NCBI GenBank assembly: GCA_964473285.1
Contig: CAYYOI010000001.1
Coordinates: 1,689-65,688 of the forward strand
Direction: 5' to 3'
DNA from: an uncultured Methanosarcinales archaeon
GTDB lineage: Archaea; Nanobdellota; Nanobdellia; Woesearchaeales; JACJVW01
DNA: 64,000 nucleotides
Below the pieces are notes generated by a model. The model searched no databases. It worked only from the letters and a program-made list of their open reading frames with translations, and had not been told where the DNA came from. The position numbers and the translations under genes are program-made. Of the stretch, positions 57,322-64,000 are shown one piece after another; within the stretch, counting starts at the first letter, position 1, and each line of letters starts with the position of its first letter.

Positions 57322-59157
57322 GTGTCGATTCATAAGATTTATAAAAAATATGGGTTTCCGGATAGTGGAGGGGTATTAATGAGTAAAAAGAAATCAAATG
57401 TTAAACTTAAAAGGAAAAAAAACGACAACAATATCTGGATTTTTACAAGCGCAATATTAGGAGTGCTGCTTCTAGCATCAATATTTACTTCCGGTTTTGG
57501 AACTTGCCCAACCGCAGGAGTTATCGCTGAAGTGGACCATATGGTGGGACAGGCAAATGATACCACACTTACTCAATCATGGCAGACGGTTAAAGAGGGT
57601 GTAATGACTATGGAAAAGGAACCAGTTGAGAGTTCCGGAGAACAAGTATCCTTACAGATGTATGTGATGAGCCAGTGTCCTTATGGAACACAGGTTGTTG
57701 ATGCAATCGCACCTGTAAAAGAAAAACTTGGAGATTCACTTGATCTTTCTATCGATTACATAACATATCCTACTGAGATGTATCCTGAAAAGGAAGACGA
57801 GTTCTGTGTCAGCGGAATGTGCTCAATGCACGGAACAAGTGAGGTCAAAGGAAATATTGTACAACTATGTGCAATGGAACATAATCCTGAGAAATACCTT
57901 GATATGCTTACATGCATGAACGAGAACATGAATGCTATACCTGACAACTGGGAAGCCTGTGCTGAAGGGCTTAATGTTGAAGAGATCAGGTCATGCTATG
58001 AAGGGGATGAAGGAAAAATGCTCCTGAATAACAGTGCTGCAAAAGCGCTTAACGCTGAGGCGAGCGGAAGCCCTACAATATTTCTGGAAGGCGAAAAATA
58101 CAGTGGCGAACGATCAGAGATGGATTTCATGAGATCAGTCTGCAACTCTTTTGAAGAAAGGCCTGCTGCATGCGCTGATGTTCCGGAACCTACAAAGGTG
58201 CCTATGACAATTGTAAATGCAGAGGACTGTGAGAACTGTGATTCTTCACAACTTATTGGTGTGATAAAGGGATTGTTCCCTGGTGTTGAGGTCAATGAGG
58301 TTGAAGCAACCTCTGATGAAGGGAAGGCACTCATCGAACAATACAATATTGAGGTTGCGCCATCATTCCTTTTTGAAACATCCCTGGATGAGACTGAAGC
58401 ATGGGGACAGAGGCAAGACCTGGCTCGCGCTTTTGAAAAGATTGATGACAAGTACAAGCTAAGGGATGACCAGACAGGAGCCACCTATTTCATTGATGAA
58501 GAAAAGCGAAAAGAACAAGAAGAGATGATGGAGAACTATCCACAACAGAATCTTGAAGTGCTTGGATATGATTCAGAGAAACCAAGGCTTGACTATTTTG
58601 TGATGGCTTTTTGTCCATATGGGAATCCTGCGGACGAGGCAGCAGCAGAACTACATGATGCTTTTGGTGACAAGGTAGAGATTGTACCACACTATATCCT
58701 TGGTGTTTCAGGAGATTCAATAGAGTCACTGCATGGAGAGCAGGAAGGAGACCAAGGAATACGTGAACTATGCGTACTTGAGGAATTTGGAGAAGAAGAG
58801 TATTATGAATTTACTCTTGCAGCAAATGAGCAGTGTACATCGCAGAATGCTAACTCATGCTGGGAGGATGTAGCTGCATCTGTCGGGCTTGATACAGAGC
58901 CAATCAAGAACTGCATGGAGGATAAGCTGACCTTGGCACAAGAACAAGCAGATCTCAATAGCCAGATAGTTACCCTACAGCAGGGTCAACTGGTACCTCC
59001 TTCAGCATCCCCTACATTCCTTGTCAATGGTGCTGCATACAGCGGCGGCAGGGATGCTGAGAGTCTCAAGGCAGCATTGTGTGCTGAATTTGAGAATGCT
59101 CCTGCAGTTTGTGATGAAACATTATCACAGGATACTGAAGCAGCAGGCACCTGTTAA
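57322..59157 (+). CDS. Membrane-anchored extracytoplasmic Cys-rich protein with two tandem GILT-like (gamma-interferon-inducible thiol reductase-like) domains. The start is possibly at 57379.
   Basis: Repeat 1 has 'YVMSQCPYG...YITYPTE...EFCVSGMCSMHGTSEVKGNIVQLCA'. Repeat 2 has 'YFVMAFCPYG...EIVPHYI...SLHGEQEGDQGIRELC'. These resemble the GILT 'YYEALCxxC...LVPYGNA...CQHGxxEC' layout. Confidence 0.5.
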   Translation: MSIHKIYKKYGFPDSGGVLMSKKKSNVKLKRKKNDNNIWIFTSAILGVLLLASIFTSGFGTCPTAGVIAEVDHMVGQANDTTLTQSWQTVKEGVMTMEKEPVESSGEQVSLQMYVMSQCPYGTQVVDAIAPVKEKLGDSLDLSIDYITYPTEMYPEKEDEFCVSGMCSMHGTSEVKGNIVQLCAMEHNPEKYLDMLTCMNENMNAIPDNWEACAEGLNVEEIRSCYEGDEGKMLLNNSAAKALNAEASGSPTIFLEGEKYSGERSEMDFMRSVCNSFEERPAACADVPEPTKVPMTIVNAEDCENCDSSQLIGVIKGLFPGVEVNEVEATSDEGKALIEQYNIEVAPSFLFETSLDETEAWGQRQDLARAFEKIDDKYKLRDDQTGATYFIDEEKRKEQEEMMENYPQQNLEVLGYDSEKPRLDYFVMAFCPYGNPADEAAAELHDAFGDKVEIVPHYILGVSGDSIESLHGEQEGDQGIRELCVLEEFGEEEYYEFTLAANEQCTSQNANSCWEDVAASVGLDTEPIKNCMEDKLTLAQEQADLNSQIVTLQQGQLVPPSASPTFLVNGAAYSGGRDAESLKAALCAEFENAPAVCDETLSQDTEAAGTC

Positions 59158-59172
59158 TTTTTTATTTTTTAT

Positions 59173-59823
59173 TTGGAGGTTCTAATGATCAAAAGATTCA
59201 TGGGAAAACTTGTGGGAAAAACTTTATTCTATCCAGGCTGTATTACAAGTACTGAAATTAAAGAGAACTATCTGAAGATACTTGAATACCTGGGTTATGA
59301 TGTGGTTGAGATAACTGAACTTAACTGCTGTGGAGGGCCTGTTATTTCTGCAGGATATGACTCTGATTTCTATGATCTTGCACAGAAAAATAAAGAAAAG
59401 TTGCAGGGTATCAAGAGGATAATAACTAACTGTCCGGAATGTGCTTTCATGTTCAATACATATTACAAGATACCTACAGAACATATCTCTGATATACTCT
59501 ATAAACACAAGGACAGGTTTGATAAGACTCATGAAGAGCCCATCTCTTATCATAGGCCTTGTCACCTGAGAAAAGCGGGGATTGATGCGCCAGAGAAACT
59601 GCTTTCCCATATAGGCTATGAGGTTGTCCCATTACCTGACCAATGTTGCGGGGCAGGAGGAGGGCTGAAAAGAAACAAGCCGGAGATTGCAAACAAGGCA
59701 GCCAAGGCCAGGCTATCCCAATGCAGGACAAACAAGATCATAACCTCATGCCCATTATGCTATCAACACCTTAAGGAGAATGCAAGCATCAAGGTCATGG
59801 AACTCTCGGAGGTCCTGAAATGA
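59173..59823 (+). CDS. Two-CCG-domain (Cys-rich) protein, HdrB/GlcF-C-terminal/GlpC-like
   Basis: 'PGCITS...ELNCCGGP...NCPECAF' and 'RPCHL...DQCCGAGGG...SCPLCYQHL'. Confidence 0.7.
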   Translation: MEVLMIKRFMGKLVGKTLFYPGCITSTEIKENYLKILEYLGYDVVEITELNCCGGPVISAGYDSDFYDLAQKNKEKLQGIKRIITNCPECAFMFNTYYKIPTEHISDILYKHKDRFDKTHEEPISYHRPCHLRKAGIDAPEKLLSHIGYEVVPLPDQCCGAGGGLKRNKPEIANKAAKARLSQCRTNKIITSCPLCYQHLKENASIKVMELSEVLK

Positions 59824-60965
59824 GGAAACTGATTGAACTATTCAAGGAGGATATCTCTTTTGATACTGACGAATTCATGGCTTATTCTACTGATGCATCA
59901 CAGATAAAAGGAGAGCCTATAGCAATAGTGTGGCCAAGAAATGTAGAACAGATCCAAAAGCTTGTACAGATTGCATTAAGGAACAAGCATACACTGGTTC
60001 CAAGAGGTGCAGGGACAGGCCTTGCAGGAGGATGTGTTCCACAGAAAGCTATCGTTGTTGATATGTCAAAGATGAACAAGATCGAGTCAATCAATGTGAG
60101 GGATAACAAAGTTACTGTGCAACCAGGAGTGGTCATATCTGATCTCAACGAGAAGCTTGACAGTTATGACTTGTTCTTTCCTGTGATACCTGCAAGCCAT
60201 ACTGCATGCCAGATAGGAGGTATAATCTCAACCAACGCTGTAGGGACAAGGGCGTTAAGGTTTGGCAGGACCTGTGACTGGGTTCATGAAGTAAGGATTG
60301 TTGACGGGGGAGGTAAGCTTCTGAAGGTCAGGCCTTCTGACATATGCGGAACAGAGGGGATCCTGGGGATAATAGTTGAGGCAACACTTAAGGTAACCGA
60401 GCCTTTACCACAAACAACCCTTACAATAAGAAAATACGACCATGTGGATGAGATTGATTTCGGTGAGTTCTCTGATGCGATTGCACTTGAGTTCATAGAT
60501 AAGCTCTCTGCTGAAATGCTTGACCTTGAGCCTGCATATTACCTCTTTTCAGAATATGAAGAGAAGGGTGAAATAACAGATCCGGAAAGAATAAAGGAAT
60601 TATGGGGACTAAGGAAGAGACTTGGACCCCTGCTCACAACAAAGCGTTACAAGATCAAGGAAGATCCTAAGATTCCTTTAGAAAACATGGGAAAATTCAT
60701 CAGGTGGGTAACAAACAATAAGATTCCGGCTTTCGGACATATAGGGGTGGGAATACTACACCTTAGATTCAGGAAAGAGCAGGAAAAACTGATCAGACAG
60801 ATGTTTGAAAAGGTTATAGAACTTGGTGGTTCAGCAAGTGGAGAGCATGGAATCGGACTTGCAAAAAAACAGTATGTTGATCAGAAACGTATACGGGAGC
60901 TTACTGCATTGAAGGAGAGATTTGATCCTGAAAAGGTATTCAATAGAGGTAAGATATATGACTGA
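59820..60965 (+). CDS. FAD-linked oxidase (GlcD/D-lactate dehydrogenase-like), PCMH-type FAD-binding domain
   Basis: 'PRGAGTGLAGG' and 'GHIGVGILH' in the C-terminal domain. The stop and start overlap the flanking genes. Confidence 0.8.
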   Translation: MRKLIELFKEDISFDTDEFMAYSTDASQIKGEPIAIVWPRNVEQIQKLVQIALRNKHTLVPRGAGTGLAGGCVPQKAIVVDMSKMNKIESINVRDNKVTVQPGVVISDLNEKLDSYDLFFPVIPASHTACQIGGIISTNAVGTRALRFGRTCDWVHEVRIVDGGGKLLKVRPSDICGTEGILGIIVEATLKVTEPLPQTTLTIRKYDHVDEIDFGEFSDAIALEFIDKLSAEMLDLEPAYYLFSEYEEKGEITDPERIKELWGLRKRLGPLLTTKRYKIKEDPKIPLENMGKFIRWVTNNKIPAFGHIGVGILHLRFRKEQEKLIRQMFEKVIELGGSASGEHGIGLAKKQYVDQKRIRELTALKERFDPEKVFNRGKIYD

Positions 60966-61263
60966 TGCCCATAAATGTGTAATGTGCGGGATGTGCAAGG
61001 CTAGATGCCCTGTTTTCCGGGCGACGCATAATGAATTATATTCTCCAAGGGGAAAGGCTATGCTTCTTAAGGAAGAGAAGGAATCTGCAACGTTCTACAT
61101 GTGTACCTTATGTGGAGCATGCACAGAGATCTGCGCGTCTGATGTTGATTTTGAGGTGCAAAAAGTGCGCAGGGAACTTGTCAGAAAAGGGATAGAGACT
61201 GAAGCAAACAAGAAGATGATCGAGAACGTGAGAAAGTATGGGAACCCTTTTGGAAAAGAATAA
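60922..61263 (+). CDS. 2x[4Fe-4S] ferredoxin-like protein, GlcF N-terminal-like
   Basis: 'CVMCGMCKARCPV' and 'CTLCGACTEICAS'. Confidence 0.75.
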   Translation: MILKRYSIEVRYMTDAHKCVMCGMCKARCPVFRATHNELYSPRGKAMLLKEEKESATFYMCTLCGACTEICASDVDFEVQKVRRELVRKGIETEANKKMIENVRKYGNPFGKE

Positions 61264-61792
61264 AGATGTGTTAGCATTAGTTATTGCCGGAGTCCTGGTC
61301 ATTGGGATAATCACACTTTCAATCGTTATTTCTGTCGACTCGCCAGTAATCGAAGAGGCGCTTGCAAGGGTGCAGACAAACCACTCTGATGTGGTGGTCA
61401 CTGCTTTTATAGATTATGATTGTCCTGCCTGCGCAGAGACTTTTGATCTTTTACGCCAACTTGCATATGATTATCCGGAAATAGTGGTAGAGATCAAACA
61501 ATTCCCGATATCATCAGGGGGCTTTGAAAAGGCAGTCGTTGCTGAATGCGCAAGGGATGAGGGAAGATTCACAAAGGTGTCAGAAAAGCTTTTTGATGGA
61601 GAAGAGATTGATATAAATACTAGTGATTGCGGGGAAGAAAGAGTCAAAAGACACATGATTGAGGGGGATGAAAGGCTTGTGAGCGGGACACCTACCCTTT
61701 TTATAAATGGTGTTGAGATGCAGGGTTTAAAGGATTATTCGATAATCAAGCAGGAGGTTAAACATGCTATCAGAGATTCAGGCAACAATTGA
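61238..61792 (+). CDS. Membrane-anchored thioredoxin-fold DsbA-like thiol-disulfide oxidoreductase
   Basis: N-terminal TM, then 'FIDYDCPACAETF' with a CxxC motif. Confidence 0.55.
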   Translation: MGTLLEKNKDVLALVIAGVLVIGIITLSIVISVDSPVIEEALARVQTNHSDVVVTAFIDYDCPACAETFDLLRQLAYDYPEIVVEIKQFPISSGGFEKAVVAECARDEGRFTKVSEKLFDGEEIDINTSDCGEERVKRHMIEGDERLVSGTPTLFINGVEMQGLKDYSIIKQEVKHAIRDSGNN

Positions 61793-62540
61793 TACATTAA
61801 AAAAACAAGGCATCAGATTAAGCGCACCGGTACTTGTTGACCTGGTAGGCCTTATCATATTCATATTCGTGAATTCAATCTATATAAAAAAGATAGTTGC
61901 TGCTCTGACCTCATTCAATGTGCATGTCTCAAGGAACATGGAAGCGATCATGGGAGATTTGCTCACAACAAAGGATATATTCAGCATCATGTCAAAATAT
62001 CCTTTGATTGCCAATGATCTTTCAACTGTATTTTTCCTCACATTTCTCATGTTTGTGAGTTGCTTTATCATCTACTGTGTTTTCCAAAGCGTGAGCTGGT
62101 TTTTTGCTTATCGGTTTACAGGGCATAAAGTGTCTTTGTCCCGGTTCATGCTAAGGTTTAGTGTTGTAAACATTCCATGGGTCTTATTGCTTTTATTGGG
62201 AAGCTTTATTTCTCTTATATTTGATATACGGGCAGCACTTTCAACAAGCCCGGTATCATTCAATAATATCTTTACTAGCATTCTAATGTTCTTTTTAGTC
62301 TACATAGCTCTTGTCTCATACACCCGGCTCGATAAAAAGAATCCGTTTAAGGCACTGAAAAGCATTGCAAGAAAGAGATTATTCCTGGGTTACGTTGGCG
62401 GTTTTGCATTATTCTTTGGAACAGTATTCTTGTTCAGCCTGGTACCGATCCATGCTATCCAGCTTATACTGGAAGTATTATTCTTACTTCCCCTTCTTAC
62501 CGGACTTCGTGTCTTTTTCCTTAAACTTTCCAAGAACTGA
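61764..62540 (+). CDS. Hypothetical polytopic membrane protein
   Basis: Six TM helices. No family recognised. Confidence 0.4.
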   Translation: MLSEIQATIDTLKKQGIRLSAPVLVDLVGLIIFIFVNSIYIKKIVAALTSFNVHVSRNMEAIMGDLLTTKDIFSIMSKYPLIANDLSTVFFLTFLMFVSCFIIYCVFQSVSWFFAYRFTGHKVSLSRFMLRFSVVNIPWVLLLLLGSFISLIFDIRAALSTSPVSFNNIFTSILMFFLVYIALVSYTRLDKKNPFKALKSIARKRLFLGYVGGFALFFGTVFLFSLVPIHAIQLILEVLFLLPLLTGLRVFFLKLSKN

Positions 62541-63137
62541 TTCCCCTGCCCGGACACGTTGGCCTTTCTCTACTGTGAGAGGGATCTTGCCAGGCAGTAT
62601 GACAATAAGCTGGCTTCCTAGATTTATCAGGCCATATCGTTCTCCGGTATTGTAAGTGTCACCTTTCTTGGCATGGCATACAATCCTTCTGGCAATGATT
62701 CCTGCAACCTGGATAACCTTTATCTTACCAAAGGAAGCCTGAAGGGTGAGCTCAACTTTCTCGTTCTGCAGGCCTGCTTCAACCGAATTTACTGGCTTGA
62801 ATGAACCTTTTTTGTGGATTACAGAAAGGACCTTACCTCTGACAGGCATCCTGTTGATGTGAACATCAAGGGGGGACATGAATATTGATATAACCTTACA
62901 TGAAGAAGAGATATCGGAACATAATGTTTTGATCTTTCCCATGTATCTTTTTGGTATAATAAGCTCTTTGTCCTTGGTGTCTATAATATCCAGTATGATT
63001 CCATCTGCAGGGGATACAATCACGTTGCCTTCAGGGATGTTCCTATGAGGATCTCTTAGGAAGTAGAATCTCCAGAAAACAAGAAATCCAATGATTACCG
63101 CACCAAGAAAACCACTTATCCATAATAGCACTGTCAT
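62484..63137 (-). CDS. Phosphatidylserine (archaetidylserine) decarboxylase proenzyme, small Asd-type
   Basis: 'GERYGLINLGSQL' matches the GERFGxIxFGSR autocleavage (G-S) motif. N-terminal TM. About 217 aa. Confidence 0.65.
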   Translation of the reverse strand: MTVLLWISGFLGAVIIGFLVFWRFYFLRDPHRNIPEGNVIVSPADGIILDIIDTKDKELIIPKRYMGKIKTLCSDISSSCKVISIFMSPLDVHINRMPVRGKVLSVIHKKGSFKPVNSVEAGLQNEKVELTLQASFGKIKVIQVAGIIARRIVCHAKKGDTYNTGERYGLINLGSQLIVILPGKIPLTVEKGQRVRAGESVLGKFKEKDTKSGKKGK

Positions 63138-63296
63138 ATATTATGAATGATGGCATGGCTTAAAAATATTTCGAGCATCAAGCCATCAGTGGATGGTCAA
63201 GGGCGATATGAAACTATCTAACGTTTTTTTTGAAGAAAATCAAAAAGAGGGTTATCTAGAGGATGATTTAAATATGAGGGGAAGGTCTTTTTACGC

Positions 63297-64000
63297 ATGA
63301 AAGAAGAAGAAAGAAGGATTCTTGAAAGTAAGCATGGTACACTTCTTCCTACAGACCATAATGAGCACCCTGTATATGAAGCAAGGGAAGATAGTGATAT
63401 GCTCAAGAGGCATATAAAAAATTATGCGAAGGGCAAGATACTTGACATGGGGACAGGGTCAGGAGTGCTTGCAAAAGAGGCTTTAAAATATGGCAAAGTT
63501 ACTGCTGTGGACAAGAACCCAAAAGCTGTACAATATGTAAGGGAGACCTTGGATATTGAGTCCTTTGAGAGTGACCTTTTCAGTGAGATTGATGATAGAT
63601 TTGACCTGATAATATTCAATCCGCCATATCTTCCGCAGGACCCGGGCGTTGAGGACATGGCACTTTTCGGCGGGAAGAAAGGTTATGAGGTCAGTGTTGA
63701 TTTTCTTGACCAGGCCGCAGACTACTTAAAAAAAGAAGGAAAGATACTGTTCCTTTTCTCAAGCCTTACAAAAAAAGATAAGATAGAAGAAGCACTGGTC
63801 CATAATATGTTCACCTGGAAAGAGGTTGAAAAGAAGCATATTTTCTTTGAGGATATCTATGTTTATATTATAGAGAAGACAAGCACACGAAAGGAGATAG
63901 AACCTTACGTGAGTGATATAAAGTACCTGGCAAAGGGAAAGAGGGGAATCGCTTATACAGGAAGATACAAGGGAGAGAAAGTCACCATAAAGACCAAGAG
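63297..64000 (+). CDS. SAM-dependent methyltransferase, HemK/Mtq2-like (N5-glutamine MTase family). 3'-partial, running off the window.
   Basis: 'ILDMGTGSGVLAKEA' (motif I) and 'LIIFNPPYLP' (NPPY). Confidence 0.65.
   Translation, partial: MKEEERRILESKHGTLLPTDHNEHPVYEAREDSDMLKRHIKNYAKGKILDMGTGSGVLAKEALKYGKVTAVDKNPKAVQYVRETLDIESFESDLFSEIDDRFDLIIFNPPYLPQDPGVEDMALFGGKKGYEVSVDFLDQAADYLKKEGKILFLFSSLTKKDKIEEALVHNMFTWKEVEKKHIFFEDIYVYIIEKTSTRKEIEPYVSDIKYLAKGKRGIAYTGRYKGEKVTIKTK

Overview
The window looks like an archaeal chromosomal segment with mixed GC content. The archaeal call rests on Orc1/Cdc6, archaeal-type Taw3/TYW3, PIMT, Lrp/AsnC, surface proteins dense in N-x-S/T sequons, and a TATA-like AT-rich promoter region. 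Other housekeeping genes present are seryl-tRNA synthetase, a DHH/DHHA1 phosphoesterase and a PEBP-family protein. It is possibly Methanosarcinales/ANME-like, but that is a low-confidence guess. Content is described in four parts. (i) A 5' co-directional cluster runs MCP - Taw3 - HerA/FtsK-like ATPase - pseudo-receiver::HD-GYP - 890-aa orphan protein. I flag it as a candidate undescribed HerA-centred system. (ii) A surface-protein operon encodes a 4353-aa N-anchored, sequon-saturated giant protein carrying an in-frame 12-nt (NLTD)n tandem repeat. A dual-HTH small protein lies upstream and an Ig-like membrane protein with a Pro/Gln-rich cytoplasmic tail lies downstream. (iii) An AT-rich integrated mobile element of about 15.6 kb spans roughly 31.5-47.1 kb. 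It carries a tyrosine integrase, a small serine recombinase, a DnaG-type (zf-CHC2 + TOPRIM) primase fused to an MCM helicase with an (LPN)n 9-nt repeat linker, RHH and AbrB-like small regulators, and a 1325-aa PQQ-propeller/beta-helix/Fn3 surface cargo protein. A diverged relic 5' fragment of the flanking TctA-like gene marks the left junction. (iv) A 3' region contains a GT2 glycosyltransferase frameshifted at an A7 tract, a DUF883/YqjD-like plus YqjE-like membrane pair, and a membrane protein with 81-nt tandem Cys-rich repeats. It also holds an ABC-2 exporter with Lrp regulator, and a thiol-redox cluster of a tandem GILT-like Cys-rich protein, a CCG-domain/FAD-oxidase/ferredoxin trio and a DsbA-like protein. 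Archaetidylserine decarboxylase and a partial HemK/Mtq2-like methyltransferase close the window. No CRISPR array, rRNA or convincing tRNA was seen by eye.
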